Assembly (NCBI GenBank): GCA_048940925.1
Contig: JBHLOC010000002.1
Span: forward strand, 160,001-224,000
Direction: 5' to 3'
Length of the DNA stretch: 64,000 nucleotides
DNA from: Promethearchaeota archaeon
Lineage (GTDB): Archaea; Asgardarchaeota; Lokiarchaeia; Sigyniarchaeales; SOKP01
Shown: piece after piece, positions 31,446 to 41,447 of the stretch
How the letters are laid out: each line of letters begins with the position of its first letter
Position numbering within the stretch: position 1 is the stretch's first letter
Translations under genes and position numbers: made by a program
The notes under the pieces: generated by a model
Seen by the model: the letters and a program-made list of their open reading frames with translations, nothing else
Told to the model about the DNA's origin: nothing
Database searches by the model: none

Positions 31446-32297
31446 ATGGATACTACATTTAATAAATTCCAAGGAGACGTAAAAACTGAGAGGGTTAAAT
31501 ATCTCGCTGATCCTCAACTACGAAATATAGTTAATGTATCAATAGCTCTGGGAAGACCCTTATTAGTTAAAGGAGAGCCTGGAACAGGAAAAACAATGCT
31601 CGCTCATGCAATAGCAGAAAGTTTAGGTAAAAGGTTGATTATTTGGAATATTAAAAGCACGAGTGAAGCTATTGATGGTTGCTATATGTATGATACAGTT
31701 CAGAGATTAAATGATAGTAGATTTGGATGTGAAGATAGAAACGTTGACAATATTCACGATTATATCATGCTTGGACCATTGGGAGAAGCTTTCGTATCTG
31801 ATGAGCAAGTTGTGTTAATAATTGATGAAATTGATAAAGCAGATATCGAGTTTCCTAACGATCTTTTACAAGAATTAGATGTAATGGAATTTTATATAAA
31901 AGAAACAAAAGAATTTGTGAAGGCTAAGACAAGACCAATTGTAGTAATTACTTCTAATAATGAAAAAGAACTCCCAGATGCATTTTTAAGAAGATGTGTA
32001 TTTCATTGGATTGAATTTCCCTCTAAAAGTTTCATGGGAGAGATTTGTAAATTACATTATCCTAACCTCAAGCAAAACCTTTTAGACCAGTGTTTACAAC
32101 ATTTTTATGCATTAAGAGCAATCACAAAATTAAGAAAAATGCCATCAACTTCCGAACTTCTTGATTGGATTGGAGTTTTGCTTAAGAGTGGCATCACAAT
32201 TGAAGAACTAAAACAAGCGGTACCATTTTTGGGAGTCCTCATAAAGAAAGAAAAGGATTTCGAGATCGCTTCTGAAAAGCTTAGATTTCCAACTTAA
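31446..32297 (+). CDS. MoxR-family AAA+ ATPase
   Basis: GEPGTGKT, IDEIDKAD, FPNDLL, ITSNNEKELPDAFLRRC. Confidence 0.92.
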   Translation: MDTTFNKFQGDVKTERVKYLADPQLRNIVNVSIALGRPLLVKGEPGTGKTMLAHAIAESLGKRLIIWNIKSTSEAIDGCYMYDTVQRLNDSRFGCEDRNVDNIHDYIMLGPLGEAFVSDEQVVLIIDEIDKADIEFPNDLLQELDVMEFYIKETKEFVKAKTRPIVVITSNNEKELPDAFLRRCVFHWIEFPSKSFMGEICKLHYPNLKQNLLDQCLQHFYALRAITKLRKMPSTSELLDWIGVLLKSGITIEELKQAVPFLGVLIKKEKDFEIASEKLRFPT

Positions 32298-32553
32298 TCA
32301 ATAAACCTAATGAATTACATCTAAATTTTTTTTGAATTTTTCTTCCAAATCTCTAATAATTTTAACTAATGTAATTGTACTACCTAAAACGGGATTCATT
32401 CTAAGAAGTTCATACGTTTCTCTCTTTTTAAATTGAAGAAAGACTGTAGCAATGTAACTATGTTACATTCTGAGAGGATTGAGTAAATATTTGATATCAA
32501 TTTTCTAATCAAATTGATAAAAACTATGCTAAAAAGAGAAAAAAAAATTAGTT

Positions 32554-35049
32554 TTATTTTTGTTTTAATTTTTTAACTAAAAATATACCAATTCCAAATA
32601 CGATACTGATAATTATTATCAAATTATATCCAGGGATTGCCCTGTCTCCTTCTGGTTTAGGTTCTGGCTCTGGTTCAGGCCCTGGTCCTGACTCTGGCTC
32701 TGGTTCTGGCTCTTTATCGCAAAAATTATTATTAAAAATATTACCTATACAATCAATTTCAACGATACATTCATTATTCCCAATTAAGATATTTCCCGAA
32801 ATATTATTATAATTACTATGACGCAAATATATCCCATAATAATTCTCATTTACTCTATTTTCTAAGATGCAACAATAATTAGCATAAAGTAAATAGATAC
32901 CCTGATAATTATTTTCTACAAGGTTTCTCAAAACCATGTTATTATAGCTCGAATATTGGTCTGAATAGATACTTCTTAACATTATTCCAATTTGATTATC
33001 AGATAAAATGTTTTTTGACGCTATAGAATCATAACAACGTTCGATGTTGATTCCAGACTCGTCATTTAAAATTGATGTATTATTAAATATTTTACAATCC
33101 TTGTTATTATAGAAATTCATACCGTCTCCAGAATTTTCTATATGATTAAAGGAGACAGTTATATTTCGACTAGCTTGTACAGAAATCCCACTCCCAACAG
33201 AGGGGTAAACTCCATTATTTATAGCAGTATTATTTGAAATCACAGTATTGTTAACGAATACTATTGACAGTCCAGCATCTATATTATAACTAGCATTATT
33301 ATTGAGTATTAAATTATTATATCCATTATAAAAAGTATATCTATCTTTAATTACAATACCACAATGAGCATTATAACAAGCAGTATTCTCTATAATTTTA
33401 GTATCATTACATTGATCATATAAAGTTATCCCATTAATCGTATTGTTCTTAGCGGTATTTCCAGAAATGGTATTATTATTTGAGAATGTTAAATAAATAC
33501 CGTGTTTATTGAATGAACAATTATTATTGATTAATCTTCCATTAGTAACGTTTTCTAATCTGATTCCGCCAGAATGCCAATATTCATCTCTCCCATTTAT
33601 TATTGTACAGTTTCTAATCGTAAAATAAACATCAGAGTTATCTATACGAATACAGTTATGATTGTTTAGCCCATCAATTTTTACATTCTCAATAATATAA
33701 GGATCGTTCCATGTTCCATTACCGGAACACCAGTCATACATGCTAGCTTTCGACCAATTTTTTAGGGGATCATCATCATCAATTTCTATTGGCCCAATTT
33801 CCTTGCCTCCTGCAGTTATTTGGAATAGATATACTAAACTCACACCATCTGTTGCACCCAGATTCCCTGCAGTAAAATATTGTCCATCAGACGAAATAGC
33901 TACACATTCTATAGAAGATATAGTATTATAACTCCAAAGCGGAATGGAACTATTTGTATCAAAGAGATAGACGTTATCATCCCAACTTCCAGCAACAACA
34001 TATTGACCATTAGATGAAATTGCTACAGAACTTACGTCTTTTCCAGCATTAAAGCTCCAGAGCGGGATGGAATTGCTTTTCTCGAAGAAATAGACCTGAG
34101 TGCCTGTATATCCAGTTCCAATAACAACGTATTGCCCATCTGAGGAAATTGCTACAGACCAGACGGGGTCTCCTGAAATGTAGTTCCAGAGTGGTGTAGA
34201 ATTGTTTGTTTTAAAAAAATACATTCCATCATTACCATCCCCATCAGTGGTTCCAACAAGAGCATAGTTTCCATCAGAAGAGATCGCCACATAAGTTGCC
34301 CAATTTGGTGTTGTATAAGTCCAATTTGGAGTTGAACTGGTCCTTTTAAAGAAATATAGCTTTCCATTATTACTTCCCGCTACAATATAATTCCCATCAG
34401 AAGAAATCCCTACAGAAGCAACATATCCATAGACAGATCCAGTGCTATATATCCAAAGCGGTGTGGAACTCTCTTTCTCGAATAGTAATATGTTATTATT
34501 CTCTCTACCTATTCCTGCAACAAAATATTGTCCATCAGCTGAAATTGCGAGGGAGGCTACAATACCTCCAGTAGCATAGCTCCAGAGTGGAGTAGAACTA
34601 TTTTTATCAAAGAGATAAACTTTATCACTACATGTTCCAGCAACAATGTATTTACCATCGGACGAAATTGCTACAGAATGCACACTTCCTCCAAGATTTG
34701 AACTCCAAAGTGGAGTGGAATTATCTTTCTCAAATAAATATAAATTACAATCATAGCATGCGACAGCAATATACTGCCCGTTGGATGAGACCGCTACTTC
34801 TCTATTACGTGATGCTGTATTGTAACTCCAAACTGGTTTGACAAGTATACTAGATATTGCTAAATTTTCTATGTCATAAGGATCGGAATATGTAGCTTGA
34901 TCTGTATATAATCTCATATTCTTGGATTCCTCAGATAGAAGTTCAAAATTTCCTTGATAGTAACTAATATTAGAACTAAAAAGAATAGAAAATACAATTA
35001 TAATTCCTATACTTATTAAAATTGTCTTTACTTTTGTTAATTCTCTCAT
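32554..35049 (-). CDS. Cell-surface protein: WD40-like beta-propeller plus NosD-like beta-helix, PE linker, Loki-CTERM anchor
   Basis: Signal peptide; repeats of VAISSDG.Y..G....YLF....PLW; GI.L..SNNNTI repeats; C-terminal IPGY-TM-KKLKQK; SD AGGTGA. Confidence 0.85.
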   Translation of the reverse strand: MRELTKVKTILISIGIIIVFSILFSSNISYYQGNFELLSEESKNMRLYTDQATYSDPYDIENLAISSILVKPVWSYNTASRNREVAVSSNGQYIAVACYDCNLYLFEKDNSTPLWSSNLGGSVHSVAISSDGKYIVAGTCSDKVYLFDKNSSTPLWSYATGGIVASLAISADGQYFVAGIGRENNNILLFEKESSTPLWIYSTGSVYGYVASVGISSDGNYIVAGSNNGKLYFFKRTSSTPNWTYTTPNWATYVAISSDGNYALVGTTDGDGNDGMYFFKTNNSTPLWNYISGDPVWSVAISSDGQYVVIGTGYTGTQVYFFEKSNSIPLWSFNAGKDVSSVAISSNGQYVVAGSWDDNVYLFDTNSSIPLWSYNTISSIECVAISSDGQYFTAGNLGATDGVSLVYLFQITAGGKEIGPIEIDDDDPLKNWSKASMYDWCSGNGTWNDPYIIENVKIDGLNNHNCIRIDNSDVYFTIRNCTIINGRDEYWHSGGIRLENVTNGRLINNNCSFNKHGIYLTFSNNNTISGNTAKNNTINGITLYDQCNDTKIIENTACYNAHCGIVIKDRYTFYNGYNNLILNNNASYNIDAGLSIVFVNNTVISNNTAINNGVYPSVGSGISVQASRNITVSFNHIENSGDGMNFYNNKDCKIFNNTSILNDESGINIERCYDSIASKNILSDNQIGIMLRSIYSDQYSSYNNMVLRNLVENNYQGIYLLYANYCCILENRVNENYYGIYLRHSNYNNISGNILIGNNECIVEIDCIGNIFNNNFCDKEPEPEPESGPGPEPEPEPKPEGDRAIPGYNLIIIISIVFGIGIFLVKKLKQK
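32650..32712 (-). repeat. Pro-Glu hexanucleotide tandem repeat (linker)
   Basis: GAGCCA/GAACCA units encoding EPEPEPESGPGPEPEPEPKPE. Confidence 0.8.
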
Positions 35050-35085
35050 TAATTTATCACCTAAAATATATAATTTTTTTTTGGA

Positions 35086-35232
35086 TTAAGACGCATCACT
35101 TATTCTTTTTTTTTTACGTAATAAGACTATTGTCACAGTTGCTACTCCCATTCCCACTGCTGTTGATGCGATTGCAATAATAATTATGTCTATTTCGCCA
35201 ACAGGATATAGACTGATATGTAAAAATATCAT
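35086..35232 (-). CDS. 48-aa single-pass membrane microprotein or orphan C-terminal anchor
   Basis: MIFLHISLYPVGEIDIIIIAIASTAVGMGVATVTIVLLRKKKRISDAS; AGGT upstream; below the ORF-track cutoff. Confidence 0.5.
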   Translation of the reverse strand: MIFLHISLYPVGEIDIIIIAIASTAVGMGVATVTIVLLRKKKRISDAS

Positions 35233-35436
35233 TATTACCTATTTAAGATTTTTTATCGAAATCTTATCTAACTTCCTAGTAGGTATTATGCCATTCTTTA
35301 CTTTAGAAAATTATTCAGGGTACAAATTTTCGAAAGTCTTACTAAATAACTTAAGGTATTCCCACTTTTTAGTTTTGTATTCCATATTAAATTCTATAAT
35401 ATATGAGGCTATATATTGAATTTTAAATTCAATTGT

Positions 35437-35955
35437 TTATGTTATCTTGTCATAAAATTTTTCTTGACAATAAATTGCGGTGTTAGGATGCATTCTAACG
35501 ACTTCGGTTTCAGGTGTATGATTGATTACAATTAGGTCCACTCGTTCACTCCCAGCTTGAAATGTAAAGATATATCCTTTAGATACTAATTTATCATTTA
35601 ACTTTTTTCCCAATGCTTTCGGATTCTTTAATATAATCCCTTTTTTATAACCTGCGAAAGAAACTTGTTGAGCTAATGCTATTTTTGTCTTTTTGATGAT
35701 AACGATATCATCGACAGATATACCTATATTTCTTCTTTTGAAGGCATCAATTCTTATTACTTTTTTTCCCTTATCTTTAAGATCACTGGGATAGACTTTT
35801 GCTGCGGTGGAATTTTCATTGAAACTATCAGTTATTTGAATTATATCGTCAGTATTTAGATTGAATTCTGTAAAAACAGCAGGATCGACCCGAGCAATAT
35901 CTTTTCCTTTATCTTCTTTAAAGATATCTCTAACTCTTAATTTTAATTCTCTCAT
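35437..35955 (-). CDS. Stand-alone CDC48/p97 N-domain protein (no ATPase)
   Basis: LRVRD...D.GK.IARVD, IRID...RRNIGISVDDIV, AQQVSFA, .TP...VRM...T. Confidence 0.8.
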   Translation of the reverse strand: MRELKLRVRDIFKEDKGKDIARVDPAVFTEFNLNTDDIIQITDSFNENSTAAKVYPSDLKDKGKKVIRIDAFKRRNIGISVDDIVIIKKTKIALAQQVSFAGYKKGIILKNPKALGKKLNDKLVSKGYIFTFQAGSERVDLIVINHTPETEVVRMHPNTAIYCQEKFYDKIT

Positions 35956-36180
35956 TTTAATTCAAATATAAACAATTTTAAATACATTTAAATAAAAAAA
36001 ATTTTTGTGAAATACAAAAACTAAAGATTGGGTGTAGTTTTATTTGCTCTTCATAATATACTCCCCTTTTTTTTAAAAATACTATTGTAAATAAATAATT
36101 ATCATAATATATGCGAAAACTATAATTATTAATTTAGTTTTATCTAAAGTAGGAGCATTAAAATTCTGAAGTTTTAGTAA

Positions 36181-37605
36181 ATGTTTATCGAATATTATTA
36201 TTATTTAAAAGAAAGACTGCCGGTTAGTATTACAGAATACATGACTTTAATGGAAGCTCTCAATAAAGGGCTAATCCATAATATGGTTGAGTTTTACTAT
36301 GTTTCAAGATCTATTTTATGCAAAAACGAACACCATTTTGATGTTTACGACATCGCTTTTGTTAATTTTTTTAAAAATGCAATGATAAAATTCCCTGATG
36401 ATTTTAAACAAGAGATTTGGGATTGGCTTAATAAGGATATTACACTTCCTGAATTAATTGAGGGATTACAATTATTATTGAGAGAATATCAACAATATCT
36501 CACTGCAATAGATTTCCAAGAATTACTTGAGGAATTATTAACAAAGTATAGGGATAAACTTGAAGATACACTTTTAATAAATGCACCTGAAGAACTAAAA
36601 GAAGAAATATTAAAGTGGTTACAAGATAAGCTTAATATTGCTGAAATTGATAGTATTTCCCAGCAAATGTTAAACCAATTTTTTAATCTCGAAGAGATGC
36701 AAAAACAGTTTGAAGATTTAATGCAAAGGCAAGATGAAGAGCATAATTTTGGAGATCATTGGATTGGAACCCAAGGTACATCACCATTCGGTCATTCAGG
36801 AGAAAATCCAATGGGAATGAGAATTGGTGGCTCATCAGGTATGCGAACTGCTGTACAAATTGCCGAAAAACGGATTTTTAAAGATTATCGTAAAGATGTA
36901 GTCTTGGATACGCGACAAATCAAAGTTGCTCTGAAAAAACTAAAAAAACTTGAGGAGATTGGCAAAAGAGACGAATTAAATTTAGATGAAACTATTGATA
37001 AAACGGCTAAAAACTGTGGCGATATTGAGATAGTATTTGATAAACGCAGGAAAAATGATGTAAAACTCCTTCTATTAATGGACGTTGGAGGTAGTATGAC
37101 TCCCTATGCCCACCTCGTTAATTTACTTTTCTCTGCAGCAAACAATATGTCTCATTGGAAAGATTTCAAATATTATTATTTCCACAATTGTATCTATGAA
37201 ACACTATATTTTAATGCAAAACGTAATCCTGATGAAGCTATTGAATTCAACGATTTTCTTAGAAAATTTGATAATAAATATAAGGTAGTTATTGTAGGTG
37301 ATGCGGCAATGGCATCTTGGGAATTAACTGAAAAATACGGTTCGATATATTATTATCACAGGAATGAATTACCGGGTATCTATTATATCAGAGAAATTGC
37401 AAATCATTTTAAAAATGGCATTGTATGGTTAAATCCCGAACTTATAAAACCTGAATGGTCTCCATGGACTAGAAAAATCATTTCTAGTATTATTCCTATG
37501 TTTGATTTAACAATTGAAGGTATTGAAAAAGCTATGGATTATCTTAGAAAAGGTGGAAAAAATATGTATACAACGGTAAATTATTTTAAGGGATTAAATT
37601 ATTAG
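36181..37605 (+). CDS. vWA-domain protein (CoxE-like MoxR partner)
   Basis: HWIGTQGTSPFG, LDETIDKTA, MIDAS-like DVGGSM, YFHNC, VGDAAM, VWLNP. Confidence 0.88.
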   Translation: MFIEYYYYLKERLPVSITEYMTLMEALNKGLIHNMVEFYYVSRSILCKNEHHFDVYDIAFVNFFKNAMIKFPDDFKQEIWDWLNKDITLPELIEGLQLLLREYQQYLTAIDFQELLEELLTKYRDKLEDTLLINAPEELKEEILKWLQDKLNIAEIDSISQQMLNQFFNLEEMQKQFEDLMQRQDEEHNFGDHWIGTQGTSPFGHSGENPMGMRIGGSSGMRTAVQIAEKRIFKDYRKDVVLDTRQIKVALKKLKKLEEIGKRDELNLDETIDKTAKNCGDIEIVFDKRRKNDVKLLLLMDVGGSMTPYAHLVNLLFSAANNMSHWKDFKYYYFHNCIYETLYFNAKRNPDEAIEFNDFLRKFDNKYKVVIVGDAAMASWELTEKYGSIYYYHRNELPGIYYIREIANHFKNGIVWLNPELIKPEWSPWTRKIISSIIPMFDLTIEGIEKAMDYLRKGGKNMYTTVNYFKGLNY

Positions 37606-37927
37606 TATAAAACGTCATCCAAATTGTTGAGTTCATTAACTTATATCAAACTATTTCATCTGGGAAAGATAATTATAAGATGTTTTAACATAGATTATCC
37701 TAAATATATTTGCTCTTTCTCTTTTTCTCCTTTTGTTCTAGGATCAGTAACAAATAACTGATCTATAAGATAAAAATAAATTTCTAAAATATCTTTATGG
37801 TAGTACCTTTTAAATTTTATACAAAATTTTAAACTTTTAATAAAAGATAGATCCAACTTTATCTAATGAGCCAATCATCCAATTTTAAGGATTTCAGATA
37901 AAAGCTATTTAAAAAAGAGTATGAGTC

Positions 37928-39451
37928 ATGAGCAAGTTTAATAATGAATTAAAAGAATCTGAAACCAAATATCTTAATCTCATAAATAATATTCTAGATA
38001 TTCTGGTTGAACTCAATTTAGACTTAACTATTACTTATATCAATTCTCAAGTTTATGACTTACTTGGTTATTCATCTGAAGAACTTATAGGAAAAAATTT
38101 TATTGATCATATACATCCTAATGAAATGACAAAAATAAATGAGATAATTAATTATGCCATCAAAAAAAATAAACAAATATCTATTGAATTAAATGTTAAG
38201 CACAAAAAAGGACAATATATTCAATTTTTAGGAAAGGGTCAATTGTTTAACGATAACACTCATGTTAAGATCGTGCTATTGCTAAGACCTGTAATAGGAT
38301 TAAAAGAAAACCAACAATTGTTAATGGAATCTTACAAAAAATATAGAAAAATAATTGAGAATATTGAGGATGGATATTTTGAAGTAGATCTACGCGGAAA
38401 TTATACTTATGTAAATGATTACACTTGTAGATATTTAGGGATTCCAAAAAAAGAACTATTAGGAAAAAATTATACTACTCTAGTAGATAAAGATACAATA
38501 GAAGAGATATATAAAATCTTTAATAATGTATATGAGAATGATCTTCCAAAAGGGACTTTTGAAAGTCAAGTTCTAAGAAGTGATGGTTCACTCCGTACTT
38601 TTGAAGGATCTTTTTATTTAAGATATGACTCCAGTGGAAGAAAAGTTGGTTTTTATGGTTTTACTCGAGATATAACTGAGAAAAAGGAAGCAGAAAAGAA
38701 ATTAAAACAATCCGAGAAAAAATTTCGAGAAGCATATAATCGAGCTGAACTTTATAAAGATTTATTCTATCATGATATTAATAATATACTTACTAATATT
38801 GGTATTTCAATTGAACTTAGTGAGAATTATCTAAATGATCCAGAGAGAGAAACAGATATTAAAGAAATTTACGATTTACTTAAAAAACAATTCGTTAGAG
38901 GGAAAAAATTAGTAACCAATGTTCAAAAATTATCTTCTTTAGATGCAGCCGAAAAATCTCTTAAATCCATTGATGCTATTAAAGTATTAAAAGATGCGAT
39001 TAATATTATTAGGACTAACAAGAGAATAAGAGATATTGATATTTCAATTGATTCATTTAAAGATGAAATCTTCATCCAAGCCAACGATCTCCTAATGGAT
39101 ATTTTTGAAAATCTATTAATTAATGCTTTAAATTATAATGATAAATCTAAAGTGGAGATTCTCATAAGAATTTCCAAAAAATTAGAAAAAAGTATAAGCT
39201 TCATTAAATTTGAATTTATAGATAATGGTATTGGAATTTCTGACGAAAAGAAAAGAGGCATTTTTCAAGAAAGATTCTTCAAAGAAAAAGGTTCAAAAGG
39301 AATGGGATTCGGATTAACTCTTGTAAAGAAAATATTAGAAAGTTATGGTGGCAAAATTTGGGTTGAAGATAGGGTGAAGGGGGATTATACTCAAGGTGCT
39401 AATTTCATTTTTTTAATCCGTGAAATTGCATCAAACTTAGAACTCAATTAG
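37928..39451 (+). CDS. PAS-PAS sensor histidine kinase (cytoplasmic)
   Basis: Two PAS domains (HPNE, RDITEKK), H-box HDINN, ENLLINA, DNGIGI, GMGFGL. Confidence 0.92.
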   Translation: MSKFNNELKESETKYLNLINNILDILVELNLDLTITYINSQVYDLLGYSSEELIGKNFIDHIHPNEMTKINEIINYAIKKNKQISIELNVKHKKGQYIQFLGKGQLFNDNTHVKIVLLLRPVIGLKENQQLLMESYKKYRKIIENIEDGYFEVDLRGNYTYVNDYTCRYLGIPKKELLGKNYTTLVDKDTIEEIYKIFNNVYENDLPKGTFESQVLRSDGSLRTFEGSFYLRYDSSGRKVGFYGFTRDITEKKEAEKKLKQSEKKFREAYNRAELYKDLFYHDINNILTNIGISIELSENYLNDPERETDIKEIYDLLKKQFVRGKKLVTNVQKLSSLDAAEKSLKSIDAIKVLKDAINIIRTNKRIRDIDISIDSFKDEIFIQANDLLMDIFENLLINALNYNDKSKVEILIRISKKLEKSISFIKFEFIDNGIGISDEKKRGIFQERFFKEKGSKGMGFGLTLVKKILESYGGKIWVEDRVKGDYTQGANFIFLIREIASNLELN

Positions 39452-39511
39452 GCTATAACTAAATTGTTAATTGTTTAATAATAAAGTCATTAAAATATTA
39501 ATAAATTAATT

Positions 39512-39718
39512 CTAAGTTGATTTCTTAATATGAACTATACCATATACAGCACCAACAGTATAGTCATCTGCACCAAATTGCTTTACTAGCATTAAATTTG
39601 AAGGAGTACCACTTATTATTAATTTCTCTTTATTTCATAATCCAACATCTCGTAAAGCCTTATGACTAACCCCAATTTGACCAATAATCACAGTAGAAAT
39701 AGTTATTAATTCCCTCAG
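39512..39718 (-). pseudogene. Remnant of a corrinoid (B12-binding) protein C-terminus
   Basis: ISTVIIGQI..KALRDVGL*NKEKLIISGTP..KQFGADDYTVGAVYG matches the GLRDKVKVIVGGAP..GADxY pattern. Internal TGA at 39637-39635; no N-terminus. Confidence 0.7.
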
Positions 39719-39845
39719 AAAAACACTTTAGCATTCAGAGCAGCTATAGAAAAATAACGAAAATATCTATTAAACTTATCATAATTCTTAAATAATTTAT
39801 TTAAAAAAAATGAAAATAAAAATAATTATTTAAGTTAAAGATTTC

Positions 39846-40313
39846 TTACCTTTCTTTTAAACTCTCAAAAAATTTTTCATCCGTTTCTTTGTCTACAATT
39901 ATTCCTCTTTTTTTACGAGCGAATAAGAAACCTAATAAAATACCAACAGCTAAACCAATGACGATTGCTTCAATAAAGAATATGATAATGACAAAAAATA
40001 AAGATATTGGTGAATTTTGAGCGTAAATCATCCATTCAAAAAAACTTAATGAGATAGCTGTAAAAATTGTTCCAGTAATTCCAACAGTTAAGCCTGTCAC
40101 AATTTCTGATTGACCCTGTTTTTTATGAGATAATGAAAAATATACCCCCAAAAGGGAACCAATAATCATTTGTAGGTCTCCCGAAAAGAAAATCCCTGCA
40201 GGAAAGATTAAGAATGCTATAAATGCGATTAAATCAGTAATTATCATTCCTGCAAGTAGATTATTTTCTTTGGCATATTGATATAGATTAGCAATGAAAG
40301 GAATTATTATCAC
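39846..40313 (-). CDS. Hypothetical 4-TM membrane protein
   Basis: Four hydrophobic segments; 25 nt after the ABC ATPase stop. The start may be ATT just after GGTGA. Confidence 0.7.
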   Translation of the reverse strand: MIIIPFIANLYQYAKENNLLAGMIITDLIAFIAFLIFPAGIFFSGDLQMIIGSLLGVYFSLSHKKQGQSEIVTGLTVGITGTIFTAISLSFFEWMIYAQNSPISLFFVIIIFFIEAIVIGLAVGILLGFLFARKKRGIIVDKETDEKFFESLKER

Positions 40314-40338
40314 CGGATAAATCCTAATAATGCACTAA

Positions 40339-41430
40339 CTAGGATTTATAAATTAAATTTATTTCAGTTTCTTTATCAAAAACGTGAATTTTATCTGAAG
40401 AGAATGAAATATATGCTTTATCTCCTATTTTTGCTCCATAGTAACCAGATGCAGTGATCATTCCACTAATGCCATCTGGAAATTCAAAAGTGACAATAGT
40501 TTCAGCTCCCAGAAATTCTATTACAACAATCTCAGTTTCATAAGCTTGATCATGAGGTTCGGGGGTAATTTTAACATGCTCTGGTCGAATCCCTAAGATT
40601 ATACCATGAGGACTTGCACTCTTGAGTTTTTCTGCTATTTCTGGAGGTATAGGATATTCTTGTTGACCGAAAATTAATTTATTTGTATCAAATTTTGCAT
40701 CCCAAAAATTCATAGTTGGTGATCCTATAAAACCAGCAACAAACTTATTAAATGGTTGATTATACACTTCACTTGGAGTCCCAATTTGCTGAAATTTGCC
40801 ATCAAACAAAATAGCTATTCGATCTGCCATAGACATTGCTTCCACCTGATCGTGAGTAACATATACCTGAGTAATTTGCAGTTTTCTTTGTAATTTAATA
40901 ATTTCTCCTCTCATTTGAATACGTAATTTCGCATCTAGATTACTTAATGGTTCATCAAAAAGAAAAACTGTTGGATAACGCACAATTGATCTCCCTAAAG
41001 CAACCCTCTGGCGTTGTCCTCCACTTATTTCCCCAGGCTTTCTGTCTAACAAATGATCGATATCTAAAAGCTTAGCAGCCTCTATTACTCTTCTATTTAT
41101 CTCGTTTTTATCCATTTTGGATAATTTTAAAGCAAATCCCATATTTTCTCGAACATTCATGTGAGGATATAAGGCATAACTCTGAAACACCATCGCAACT
41201 TTTCTTTCTTTTGGGGGAATAAAAGTAACATCTACATCGTCAAATAAAACACGTCCATCTGTAACATATTCTAATCCGGCAATAATATTCAGGCAAGTTG
41301 ATTTACCACAACCAGATGGACCAACAAGCACCATAAATTCTTTATCTTTGATCTCAAGATCTATGTTCTTTAAAACATGGACATCGGGAGCAAAAATTTT
41401 ATTTACTTTTTCTAATGTTATTCTTACCAT
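40339..41430 (-). CDS. malK: Sugar ABC transporter ATP-binding protein
   Basis: GPSGCGKST, VFQSYALYPHM, SGGQRQR, DEPLSNLDAKLR, TOBE domain. Confidence 0.93.
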   Translation of the reverse strand: MVRITLEKVNKIFAPDVHVLKNIDLEIKDKEFMVLVGPSGCGKSTCLNIIAGLEYVTDGRVLFDDVDVTFIPPKERKVAMVFQSYALYPHMNVRENMGFALKLSKMDKNEINRRVIEAAKLLDIDHLLDRKPGEISGGQRQRVALGRSIVRYPTVFLFDEPLSNLDAKLRIQMRGEIIKLQRKLQITQVYVTHDQVEAMSMADRIAILFDGKFQQIGTPSEVYNQPFNKFVAGFIGSPTMNFWDAKFDTNKLIFGQQEYPIPPEIAEKLKSASPHGIILGIRPEHVKITPEPHDQAYETEIVVIEFLGAETIVTFEFPDGISGMITASGYYGAKIGDKAYISFSSDKIHVFDKETEINLIYKS

Positions 41431-41447
41431 TTTTATAACCAACTCAT

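Noticed and set aside
32451-32469. Inverted repeat AATGTAAC-tat-GTTACATT
   Set aside because: Isolated, between convergent genes, with no transposase or target duplication; at most a terminator element.
33850-34830. Periodic repeats of about 123 nt as a CRISPR or other DNA repeat array
   Set aside because: Degenerate, in-frame protein repeats (beta-propeller blades); no identical repeats with spacers, and no cas genes.
35186-35419. Track ORF, 77 aa, + strand
   Set aside because: No recognisable features; overlaps a more protein-like minus-strand micro-ORF.
37742-37763. GATCAGT-N8-ACTGATC inverted repeat upstream of the histidine kinase
   Set aside because: Only 7-bp arms and no second copy seen; could be chance.
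39635-39637. TGA in the corrinoid fragment as Sec or readthrough
   Set aside because: It aligns with a conserved Arg (CGA to TGA), not Cys, and the fragment lacks its N-terminus.
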